Below are positions 54,139-62,267 of a stretch of DNA of 64,000 nucleotides, piece after piece. Both the position numbers and the translations under genes were made by a program. This DNA is from a virus: the IMG/VR virus record IMGVR_UViG_3300028549_000688; one strand, written 5' to 3'. Numbering within the stretch: the stretch's first letter is position 1; the number at the start of each line of letters is the position of its first letter. The notes below the pieces were generated by a model. That model did not search any database and had not been told where the DNA came from. It saw only the letters and a list, made by a program, of their open reading frames with translations.

Positions 54139-55992
54139 CTACGCAGCCATGTGCGAACCGCCAGCGCCACGAAGTGTGGCTGCGAGCTTGCTTTTCCAGC
54201 TCTGAGGCATCTTGGGCGCAGGTGGCCCCTTGGGTGCGGCCTGCGACGTGGCCAGCCTGACCAGGTGAGCCAGTGCGTCGACCTGGTCGTCGTGCTTACC
54301 ACCGGCCTGAAAGCGCAGCAGCTCGGCCTTAAACTCCTGGTACCACGGAGCACGTGCGGGGAACTGAATCTTGCCCTGCTGCATACGCCCGCGCGCAGGC
54401 TGGGCCCGCGTGCGCTTGTCGGTGAGCGGCACGATAACCTCGTACGACGGATAGTGCTTGGCCACCTCGCACGCCTTGTCGAAGTTGCTCTTGATGGACT
54501 TCCATATCTGGCCGTCCTCGACACCGATGAGGTCCGAGCCCCAGGTGCGGCTGTACTGCATGACGGCAGTACCCAGCTCGATACCGTCGTCGGTCTTGAA
54601 GCGCCACACGTCGAGCACATACATGTTGTCGTACTCGTCGACAAGGCCCGTTATGGCTACGGTGTAGTCGCTCTTCTGCTTCTCGGTGATGGCAAAGTCC
54701 CACGCCTGGTACACGCGCCGGCCATGGCGCTGCGGCGCGTGGACGTACTCGATGAACATGCTCTTGGTAAAGAACGCGCCGTCTTCTGGTGCTGGATTCT
54801 GCTGGTAGAGCGCTGACCACCAGCGCTGGTTGCCAAGCGCGTAGTACGTCGCCTTGGTGTTCATCAGCATCTTCAGCGTGTAGCGCGAAGGATGCAGCGG
54901 TGTGTTCATCACACGTGTGAGCCGCGAACCATCGGGCGGTGTGGTGCCTGGTGCAAACTGCGCGATGCTGTCATCAGGTAGGATGTACTCGTCACCCTGG
55001 TCGTTGATGGCCGGGTACTTGACAACCTCGAACGTGTCCGCGTCCTCGATACCGCTGAGCGCCTGCACACGACCTGCCCAGTCGTCCTCGTTCCAGTGCG
55101 TCATTATTCCTAGCACGCCTCCACCTGGCGCGAGGCGGTTTAGCGCAGCGCCGATGTACCACTCCCACACGCTATCGCGCTGAATTTGGCTGTCGGCAGC
55201 TTCTGGGCTAGTACAAGGGTCGTCGATAAGAAGCACATGCGCGCCGCGCCCTACGATCATCGTGCCTATACCGGCAGCGAGGTACCCACCGCCGTAGGTG
55301 GTGTTCCAATTCTCAACAGACTGAGATGTAGGGTCGAGCTTCATGCTGTCGAAGACACTCTGGTACGCCGGATCACGCACAAGGTCGCGTATGTAGCGCG
55401 AGAAGCTCATGGCCAGACTCTGACCACCGCTTGCCGCGATTATCTCCCAGTCTGGATGCTTGCCCAAGACCCACGGGGCGAAGTGCCGCGAGCCAATTTC
55501 CGACTTACCCATTCGCACGGGCATGCAAAGCAGCATGCGCGGAGACTCTTGACGTTCAACCGCCGCCATGAACCGCTCCAGGCGACGGCAGATGTCCTGA
55601 TGCACCCAGCCAGCGTCGTATTTCGGACGAAATCGCTTAATAAATGATAGCAAAGAGCGTCTGGCAAGGGTTCTTGCAGCCAACTCCTTGTTGATGTCTG
55701 TCACAGGTACCGGCGAGGCAAAAACGTCGCCCGCAGAGGCTTCCTGGGGCGTTCCTGGGGGTGGCTGCGGAGTGTCTTCGGGCGGTGTGGAGAGGATTTT
55801 GAGGCTGGGTGCTCGTTTTTTAAGCACCTGCGGGGCGGGCGCTGGTGGTTCGAGCGTGTTTTCGGCGTCCGCAGCTTGTTTAGCCAGGCAATCCGAGCAC
55901 TCGGTGTCGTTCCCACGTGGGAAGAGCGTCGGAGGCTTGGGCTCGCCGCAGTGGCGACACACGAATTTAGTTGAGCGTCTTGGCGTCGACAT
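54139..55992 (-). CDS. terL: terminase large subunit with N-terminal CxxC...CxxC and Pro-rich extension
   Basis: Walker A PVRMGKSE, Walker B HVLLIDDP, nuclease-domain Asp AWDFA. N-terminal CRHCG...CSDC. Confidence 0.9.
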   Translation of the reverse strand: MSTPRRSTKFVCRHCGEPKPPTLFPRGNDTECSDCLAKQAADAENTLEPPAPAPQVLKKRAPSLKILSTPPEDTPQPPPGTPQEASAGDVFASPVPVTDINKELAARTLARRSLLSFIKRFRPKYDAGWVHQDICRRLERFMAAVERQESPRMLLCMPVRMGKSEIGSRHFAPWVLGKHPDWEIIAASGGQSLAMSFSRYIRDLVRDPAYQSVFDSMKLDPTSQSVENWNTTYGGGYLAAGIGTMIVGRGAHVLLIDDPCTSPEAADSQIQRDSVWEWYIGAALNRLAPGGGVLGIMTHWNEDDWAGRVQALSGIEDADTFEVVKYPAINDQGDEYILPDDSIAQFAPGTTPPDGSRLTRVMNTPLHPSRYTLKMLMNTKATYYALGNQRWWSALYQQNPAPEDGAFFTKSMFIEYVHAPQRHGRRVYQAWDFAITEKQKSDYTVAITGLVDEYDNMYVLDVWRFKTDDGIELGTAVMQYSRTWGSDLIGVEDGQIWKSIKSNFDKACEVAKHYPSYEVIVPLTDKRTRAQPARGRMQQGKIQFPARAPWYQEFKAELLRFQAGGKHDDQVDALAHLVRLATSQAAPKGPPAPKMPQSWKSKLAATLRGAGGSHMAA

Positions 55993-56419
55993 CTGTGACG
56001 GGCTGCGAAGGTGCCATCTGCATAGCGATGAGCTCTTCGTCGCTCATGGCCTCGAACTTTGAGCGCATGCGCTGCTGGTTCATGCTGATGTTGATGTTCT
56101 TGACCTCTGGCGCGTAGTGACCGAGGATTTTTGCGACCTCTGTCCACCCCTTGATCATGTTACCTGCGTCACCCTGCATGCGGGCACATGCGATGCCGTC
56201 CATGATGCCGTCGATCACGTCGATGCGCTTGATCTGTGTGAGGTCGGTGAGCTTTTCACGGGCGTTTGCGATCTCGATACGCACGAGCTCGGACTTGTCA
56301 GGACAGCTTGAGTTCGGATAACCAGCGTCTTTGGCCGACTCGTGACGTGACTTGCCCGTGAGGACTCCGGCGACGAAAGTCGATTGCTGAGGACTGAGTG
56401 CTGAGGGACGTCTGGCCAT
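55967..56419 (-). CDS. terS: terminase small subunit
   Basis: LSPQQSTFVAGVLTGKSRHESAKDAGYP HTH pattern. First gene of the late arm; overlaps terL by 26 nt. Confidence 0.75.
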   Translation of the reverse strand: MARRPSALSPQQSTFVAGVLTGKSRHESAKDAGYPNSSCPDKSELVRIEIANAREKLTDLTQIKRIDVIDGIMDGIACARMQGDAGNMIKGWTEVAKILGHYAPEVKNINISMNQQRMRSKFEAMSDEELIAMQMAPSQPVTDVDAKTLN

Positions 56420-56427
56420 GGTGCGAG

Positions 56428-56457
56428 ATTATAAGAGTCCGTGAGATTTTGCAAAAT
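56428..56457 (-). promoter_or_regulatory. candidate promoter for the late arm (TATAAT, TTGCAA) overlapping the palindrome ATTTTGCAAAAT
   Basis: On the minus strand, TATAAT (56433-56428) lies 8 nt before the terS ATG, and TTGCAA (56454-56449) lies 15 nt upstream of it. Perfect 12-bp palindrome at 56446-56457. Confidence 0.3.
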
Positions 56458-56663
56458 TTATATGGAGAAGTGTCTTGAGAAAAAGACGGGGGTGGGGTGC
56501 GGATTTGAAAACGAAGTGACGAAGGAACTGAGGGACGAAGGAGCACGGTTCTGTGAAACTGCGTGAACAAAGTCATGCGAACAACCCTCCCGGGGTCCGG
56601 AAAACCGCCCACCGTGTTCGGATTCGGGTTTCGTATTGCATAACGTCCCTTCTAATACCGTCG

Positions 56664-56710
56664 TCGCAAGCTCCTCCAAATACCTTGTGATGTGCAGTTG
56701 TCTTAACTGT
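56664..56710 (+). promoter_or_regulatory. conserved 47-nt element, copy A (27-nt core with stem-loop)
   Basis: 42/47 identical to 57522-57568. Ends 21 nt before ATG 56732. Confidence 0.6.
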
Positions 56711-56731
56711 GTTCTTTATAAGGAGCCCTTC

Positions 56732-56929
56732 ATGGCTACTACCTCCAAGTCCCTCGCCACTATGACCGCTGCTGAACGCCTGCAGTTCTATCGTGAGGCT
56801 GCCAAGCAAGCCAAGCCCGCTGCCCAAGCCAAGACGTCCTTCGCTGAAACTATCGGCAAGCTCGGTGCTGACTTCGGCAACTTCAGCACCGATGTCAAGG
56901 CTACCTATCAGTTCCACCGCTATCAGTGA
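56732..56929 (+). CDS. hypothetical early protein (65 aa)
   Basis: AAGGAG SD. First ORF of the plus arm. Confidence 0.6.
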   Translation: MATTSKSLATMTAAERLQFYREAAKQAKPAAQAKTSFAETIGKLGADFGNFSTDVKATYQFHRYQ

Positions 56930-56973
56930 ACAACGGGCTTCGGCCCTTTTGTTCAACAACTCAGGAGATAGCT

Positions 56974-57189
56974 ATGGTGTCAACAACTCAGGAGCAAATC
57001 ATGACATACAAAGAATTTATGGCGGAGCAGTATGCAAAGCAAATCGCGCTTGGTATCGAAGCAGGCTGCAACGGCGCAACTTGGAAAGAACTGGTGCAAT
57101 TGCAACTGTTGTGCTGGCGCGAATATTACGCTGCGTGGTGGAAGCTGACCTGCGCGAAGTTCAAAGAGCTCCGTGCCCAAAGGAGATAG
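56974..57189 (+). CDS. hypothetical early protein (71 aa; alternative start at 57000)
   Basis: The duplicated CAACAACTCAGGAG provides an SD for both ATG 56974 and ATG 57000. Confidence 0.5.
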   Translation: MVSTTQEQIMTYKEFMAEQYAKQIALGIEAGCNGATWKELVQLQLLCWREYYAAWWKLTCAKFKELRAQRR

Positions 57190-57191
57190 CT

Positions 57192-57275
57192 ATGGTGCGT
57201 TACCGCATATACAAAGTGTTGCGTGCTCTGGGGTACAGCCCGGCGCACGCATGGCAGAGGGCGTATCAGCTATGA
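57192..57275 (+). CDS. 27-aa micro-ORF (MVRYRIYKVLRALGYSPAHAWQRAYQL)
   Basis: Same AGGAGATAGCTATGGTG initiation cassette as at 56963. ATGA-coupled to the next gene. Confidence 0.3.
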   Translation: MVRYRIYKVLRALGYSPAHAWQRAYQL

Positions 57276-57517
57276 ACGCATTCCTCTCGCATATTGACTT
57301 AGCACCCGTGTTCTACGGCGTGCTGCTGTGCATCGGCGTGTACTCGCTTATGTACAAGCTGATGCGTGGCAACTTCGTCACGTTCGCTGTTGAACTCGGC
57401 GTGTTCTACGTCGTGTTCAAGATGCACGGCGGCACGGTTCTCGGCGGCTTGTCCGCTGCCATCGCCGCCTTGATCGTAGGCCTCACTCTCAAATGGTTTG
57501 TGCGCATCGTGCGCTGA
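57272..57517 (+). CDS. 81-aa membrane protein with three hydrophobic segments (holin-like or exclusion-like)
   Basis: Segments LAPVFYGVLLCIGVYSLMY, FVTFAVELGVFYVVF, VLGGLSAAIAALIVGLTL, followed by a basic C-terminus. Confidence 0.6.
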   Translation: MNAFLSHIDLAPVFYGVLLCIGVYSLMYKLMRGNFVTFAVELGVFYVVFKMHGGTVLGGLSAAIAALIVGLTLKWFVRIVR

Positions 57518-57521
57518 CACC

Positions 57522-57568
57522 TCGCAAGCTCGGTCAAAGAGCTTGTGATGTGCAGTTGTCTTAACTGT
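57522..57568 (+). promoter_or_regulatory. conserved 47-nt element, copy B
   Basis: Identical 27-mer at 57542-57568. Ends 19 nt before ATG 57588. Confidence 0.6.
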
Positions 57569-57587
57569 ATCTATATAGGAGTCCGTT

Positions 57588-57767
57588 ATGGAACTCAACT
57601 CTGGTGAACTGTTCACCTTGTCAGCTGACCCGATGCTCATTCTCATGGCTCTCGAATGCGAGACCGTCAAGGATGAGCAAGAACTGTCAGCCATCACCGA
57701 CGAGCGTGAGTCTGCACTCTTGGCAGCTCAGGCCTATGTTGCTATCCGTCAATCATCTTTCAACTAA
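57588..57767 (+). CDS. 59-aa acidic early protein
   Basis: My own translation; below the track cut-off. TAGGAG SD. Confidence 0.5.
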   Translation: MELNSGELFTLSADPMLILMALECETVKDEQELSAITDERESALLAAQAYVAIRQSSFN

Positions 57768-57779
57768 TTGGAGTTTCTC

Positions 57780-58688
57780 ATGTTCAACCGTTCATTCAAC
57801 CTCACCGCCTTCGTCAAAGATATTCCGTCGCTCGCAATCCGCAAGGCTGCGTGGCTGTCACTCGTTGGCTCTGTCAACGCATCGTTGTTCGGTGCTGCTG
57901 ATGCCATCGCACAGAAGCTGGTTGCTGATGGCATCGAGCCGAGCGAGTTCGTGACGCTCACACCGCGCGAGATTCGTGCGCTCACGTCCGGGCCTGAGAC
58001 CGGAGCAAGCAAGGACGCCGTGTCAGCCGCACGTAAGCTGTACAAAGTCCACGTCGAGTGGCGCACTGAGTTGCAACACTGCACTGTTGTGTCATCTGGC
58101 CGTAAGGCTGACGACACACTCGGTTCGATCTATTCGACCATCAAGATGATGACCGGCCCACAAAAGGAACGTGGCATCAGCGCTGAAGCAATTCCAATGC
58201 TTGCATCACTCGGCATCGAAGTTACGGCCGAACTAATCGCTGGTGCAAAGAAACAGCGTTTGTTGGACGACAACTTCTTTGCAACGCAACGTCGTCAACG
58301 CGCGGGCATGATCGAGTTCATCATCGACAACATGTTCGCATCGGAACTCAGCGATGAGGACGACGAGTTTTATTCAGAGCTCGACGTCGATGTCAAAGAG
58401 TACCTCGCAAACAAACTGATGACCGCGATGAACAAAGCAATGACGAGCGCAGTGAACAACACTTTGTTCGGACGCAAGGGTGACAACGTGCTCGGTGTCG
58501 GTGACTATCTCATCGCACAGAAAATAATTCCACAACTCATCGACGCAATGAGCGTGTCAGCTTCGAGCAAGGTTGTGAAACGCGTTCGCAAGACAGCAAA
58601 GCCAAAAGTGCAACGCGCACCGAAGCCAGTAACACCAACGACGACAGTCAGTGAAGTCAACGGCATCAAGGTCACGACTGCTGCGTGA
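57780..58688 (+). CDS. 302-aa hypothetical early protein with basic C-terminal tail
   Basis: ATG 57780 follows a TGGAG SD. Followed by a strong terminator. Confidence 0.65.
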   Translation: MFNRSFNLTAFVKDIPSLAIRKAAWLSLVGSVNASLFGAADAIAQKLVADGIEPSEFVTLTPREIRALTSGPETGASKDAVSAARKLYKVHVEWRTELQHCTVVSSGRKADDTLGSIYSTIKMMTGPQKERGISAEAIPMLASLGIEVTAELIAGAKKQRLLDDNFFATQRRQRAGMIEFIIDNMFASELSDEDDEFYSELDVDVKEYLANKLMTAMNKAMTSAVNNTLFGRKGDNVLGVGDYLIAQKIIPQLIDAMSVSASSKVVKRVRKTAKPKVQRAPKPVTPTTTVSEVNGIKVTTAA

Positions 58689-58699
58689 TAAATTCAATC

Positions 58700-58734
58700 G
58701 AGCGACGCACGAAAGTGTGTCGCTCTTTTATTTT
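58700..58734 (+). terminator. rho-independent terminator
   Basis: 11-bp stem (one G-U pair) GAGCGACGCAC / GTGTGTCGCTC with a GAAA loop, then TTTTATTTT. Confidence 0.75.
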
Positions 58735-59051
58735 GCGGCACAAACTATGGTGTTTTTAAAACCTTCCAATACCAACCTTCCGAAACAGTTTTTACTCCTA
58801 CTACGTACACACTACACAGTCTCTATATCTATATAACTTTTACTTTAACTATATATATATATTAGAAGAATAGAAGGAAATAGGTGTCTCCCCTAGGGAA
58901 ACGGGACATTCCATTGTTCCTTCCAGTGTAATTCCTATAGGCACTGAATCTGCCATAGTTTTTCACAATTTCGCACTTCAAATCTGCTGTGCTCTAATGC
59001 GCTCTCAGTCAATCGTGACTGAGCACAAAGTTCTTTTGGAAGTTTCAGAAT
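58735..59051. other. AT-rich non-coding region with short repeats (candidate origin and/or promoter region)
   Basis: (TA)6 run at 58850-58862; TAGAAG twice; ACCTTCC twice; palindrome CCCTAGGG; hairpin CTCAGTCA-ATCG-TGACTGAG. No ORF with an SD. Confidence 0.35.
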
Positions 59052-61520
59052 ATGGCTGCTATACATTTCCTAGCGTCTGACGTTGCCCTCGGCAAGTCAT
59101 TCTGGCTAGACAGTCAAGGCGAACTCTGCAAATCAAGCTACCCCAATGTGCGCGACTTCACGTCGACCACAGTGCAATGCACAAGCATCAAAGACTTTCA
59201 TGCGGCACTCGTAAAGCAAGCAGCACTCGGTGCATGCTTGTTGAAAGGCAAACTGAATCGTGAGCTCGATAACGAATCACGTGCAGGCTCAACCAAGTCA
59301 GACGATGCAACTGATTGGCTGTGCCTCGATCTCGATGGTGCGCCTCATGCAACCCCACAAGAGTTCATGGCATCAATACCCGAGTTCAAAGATGTGGCGC
59401 ACGTCGTTCAATACAGCGCCAGCTATGGTGTCAATGGCAGCACCAAACTTAGCTGTCACATCTTCATGCTCATGGATAACAAGCTGCCAGCCACCAACAT
59501 CAAGACATGGTTGATGGACAAGAACCTGAGCGACACACTGCGCAAAGGCATCACGCTTGGTCGCACCGGTGCAGCACTGCACTGGCCTGTTGACATCACT
59601 GCATGCCAGAACGACAAGCTGTTGTACATCACACCACCAAAGATTGGCAAAGGCATCAGCTGTACTCTAAAGGACTCTGAGCGCATTCAGCTTGTACCTG
59701 GACGCATCCAACTGCTACCAGCCAAAGCATTGACAACCAAGCGCAGTCTTGAGCAGGTCAAGGCTGAGGCACAAGCCCTGCGCGACGCACTGCGCAAAGA
59801 TGCAAGCTTGCCAGCACTGCGCACTACGACACGCATCGTTGGTGAATATGAAGTCCAACCCAAGCCAGGTCAAGCAACGATCACAGGTAGAAAGGAAGAG
59901 CGAGGCTATGTTTATTTCAACCTTAATGGCGGCAATTCTTGGGGCTATTACCACCCTGTCGGTAACCATGAGTTCATTCACAATTTCAAGTCAGAGCCCG
60001 TCTATTACACACGTGAGCTACTGCCTGACTATTACAAAGACTGCAAAGTCCAGCAACGCATCCAACAATCCCAACCCACAGAAGGTGGCGAGTTGGTGCT
60101 CGCCTTTCGTGACAAGCGCACAGCGCAATACTGGAATGGCATCTGGTCAGAAGACACGCAGCACTTAGAGCTGCATCCTGCCAAGTCAGAGCTTCAGCTC
60201 AATCACTGGATGCAGAACCACGACCTTCCACCGTGGGAAGTCATACCTGTGTGGGACATGCACTTCAACCCGCAGTCCACAGTCATTCTCAACGAAGACG
60301 AAAAAACGATCAACACGTACGTGCCCACGAAATACTTCCGCATGAAGTACGACACCAAAGCGTCACTGGACAAGTGCCCACTGATCAAGCGCATCATGCT
60401 CCATGCCATCTCAGGTGGCCAAGAGGACGAGACGTTCGAGCACTGGCTCAACTGGCTCGCCGTTGTGTTCCAGCACAAACGCAAGCCAAAGACAGCATGG
60501 ATACTTCATGGTGAGGAAGGCACAGGCAAGGGTGTCATCATCAGCCGCATACTGACTCCATTGCTAGGCGCTGAATACGTTGTGCAGAAGCGCGCCAGTG
60601 AGCTCGAAGAGAAATTCACTGGCTGGATGGAAAAAGCTCTCATTGCTTTCATTGACGAGATCGAGGTGTCATCGAGCATACGCAAAGACACCATATCAGG
60701 TGACCTACGCTCTTTCATTACAGAAGACGTAGTCACCATCAGGCACATGAACCGTGCAGCTGTGCAGACACGCAACTACACAGGCCTCATATTCAGCTCA
60801 AACAAACCAAACCCGGTCATCATAACTATAGGTGACCGCCGCTACAACGTAGGATTCTTTCAGAAACTAAAACTCATCATTACGCAGCATGAGCTGGACA
60901 ATGTAATACCAACGGAGCTCGAAGCGTTCATGAGCTACATCATGACGCGCGAAGCAGACATACAGAAAGCTGTAACACCACTCAAGAACGAAGCTCACAA
61001 AGACCTTGTCGAGAACAACAAGACCAGTGCAGACATCACTGCCAGCCAACTGGCTAACGGCGACCTGATGGCACTATGGGAAATGCGCATGGACCTGAAT
61101 ATGGCCATACAGATCACAGGTGGCAACGCAGGCTTTGCTCACATGTACCACGACATCATCAAGCGTGAGATCGAGCTGCTGGCAGCCAGCCCCAACGGAG
61201 GTGATTACAAAGCTCGTATATCGAAAACAAACAAGATCGACAAAGTCATAACAACTGAGTCACGCCTGACACGCGACGAGCTCCTGGTGATCTTCGAGCA
61301 CTGTGTAGGGAACATGCCTAAGACACCGAACAAGTTTACGTCTCTGCTCAAACACAGAGGGATTAAGACAGAGCGTGTTTGGGTGAACGGAGCGGCGCAA
61401 TACGGCCTGCGTGTCGAGTGGAAAGCGCCTCGCTCATGGCTCGACGAGACCATGGCTGAGTTCAAGGCAGCCACACCCAAGACATCACGGCTACAACTTG
61501 TGAAAAGGAAGACAGCATGA
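59052..61520 (+). CDS. bifunctional AEP-type primase(-polymerase) / SF3 helicase
   Basis: N-terminal LCLDLDG and SCHIFM. C-terminal Walker A GEEGTGKG, Walker B AFIDEI, motif C IFSSN. Confidence 0.85.
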   Translation: MAAIHFLASDVALGKSFWLDSQGELCKSSYPNVRDFTSTTVQCTSIKDFHAALVKQAALGACLLKGKLNRELDNESRAGSTKSDDATDWLCLDLDGAPHATPQEFMASIPEFKDVAHVVQYSASYGVNGSTKLSCHIFMLMDNKLPATNIKTWLMDKNLSDTLRKGITLGRTGAALHWPVDITACQNDKLLYITPPKIGKGISCTLKDSERIQLVPGRIQLLPAKALTTKRSLEQVKAEAQALRDALRKDASLPALRTTTRIVGEYEVQPKPGQATITGRKEERGYVYFNLNGGNSWGYYHPVGNHEFIHNFKSEPVYYTRELLPDYYKDCKVQQRIQQSQPTEGGELVLAFRDKRTAQYWNGIWSEDTQHLELHPAKSELQLNHWMQNHDLPPWEVIPVWDMHFNPQSTVILNEDEKTINTYVPTKYFRMKYDTKASLDKCPLIKRIMLHAISGGQEDETFEHWLNWLAVVFQHKRKPKTAWILHGEEGTGKGVIISRILTPLLGAEYVVQKRASELEEKFTGWMEKALIAFIDEIEVSSSIRKDTISGDLRSFITEDVVTIRHMNRAAVQTRNYTGLIFSSNKPNPVIITIGDRRYNVGFFQKLKLIITQHELDNVIPTELEAFMSYIMTREADIQKAVTPLKNEAHKDLVENNKTSADITASQLANGDLMALWEMRMDLNMAIQITGGNAGFAHMYHDIIKREIELLAASPNGGDYKARISKTNKIDKVITTESRLTRDELLVIFEHCVGNMPKTPNKFTSLLKHRGIKTERVWVNGAAQYGLRVEWKAPRSWLDETMAEFKAATPKTSRLQLVKRKTA

Positions 61521-61648
61521 CTCTCGAACAACGTGCGGCCCGCCTGTGGCCCAACAACCCTCAGTATCAGCAGGCGTGGCTGCGCATAGTGACCCTGCTA
61601 GGCGACCGCTGGCTGCTGGCCAAACCAGCTATCAAGGCGACGGTATGA
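61517..61648 (+). CDS. 43-aa ORF
   Basis: ATGA-coupled at both ends. My own translation. Confidence 0.4.
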   Translation: MTLEQRAARLWPNNPQYQQAWLRIVTLLGDRWLLAKPAIKATV

Positions 61649-61905
61649 GCAAGCAAATCACACCCCAAGAGCTTGCAGAGATCGTCACGAAGCTGCTCAC
61701 AGACCCTGACGAAATTGACGACTACGACACGTACCAACGCTTCTTCACCGAGCTTGCAGAGTTTGTCTGCGACCAGTGCGGGGGCGAGGTGCAACGCCCT
61801 GCCGACGACTTCGCCGACAAGTGGCTCGTCGGCATCCATGCCAACGACAGCCTACCCGAGAACGGTGGCATCTGGGCCAACTACGACTTAGAAGGAGATC
61901 TGTAA
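61645..61905 (+). CDS. 86-aa acidic hypothetical protein
   Basis: ATGA coupling at 61645. Confidence 0.55.
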   Translation: MSKQITPQELAEIVTKLLTDPDEIDDYDTYQRFFTELAEFVCDQCGGEVQRPADDFADKWLVGIHANDSLPENGGIWANYDLEGDL

Positions 61906-62267
61906 TGCCCCGCAAATTTAGAAGTGAGTTCATGTCAAACATCGAGTGGGCCACCAACCCGGAGGAAGTCGAGATTACCTTGAGCGACGACCTTGCCGAA
62001 CGTATCCCAAAGATCGCCCAGGGCCTCACAGACATGGGCCTGTTCAAAGGCGTGCTGCTGAATGCTGTCGAATTCGAGTTCTTCGCAGGAGATGACTACA
62101 TGGACGAAGACTGCGAAATGGTCCCCTTCGAGCCTGAGTGGCGAGTCGGTGTTACAGAGCTGATCATCTACAGCGACGGCGACTTCCAGGTTCAGTTCGA
62201 CCTGAAGCACACCAGTGAGCAGGGCTTCACGGATTACCTGAAGCCTGACCAAGGGGCGCACGAGTGA
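61905..62267 (+). CDS. 120-aa acidic hypothetical protein
   Basis: GAAGGAG SD. TAATG overlap with the upstream gene. Confidence 0.55.
   Translation: MPRKFRSEFMSNIEWATNPEEVEITLSDDLAERIPKIAQGLTDMGLFKGVLLNAVEFEFFAGDDYMDEDCEMVPFEPEWRVGVTELIIYSDGDFQVQFDLKHTSEQGFTDYLKPDQGAHE

Noticed and set aside
56462-56566. A 34-aa ORF (MEKCLEKKTGVGCGF...) in the divergent control region.
   Set aside because: It has no SD, lies in a region better explained as regulatory, and is very short.
56684-56731. A sigma70 promoter inside the conserved 27-mer (TTGTGA or TTGTCT as -35).
   Set aside because: The candidate -10 hexamers (TTAACT, TATAAG, TATATA) lie 10-13 nt from the possible -35 boxes in both copies, outside the functional 16-18 nt window.
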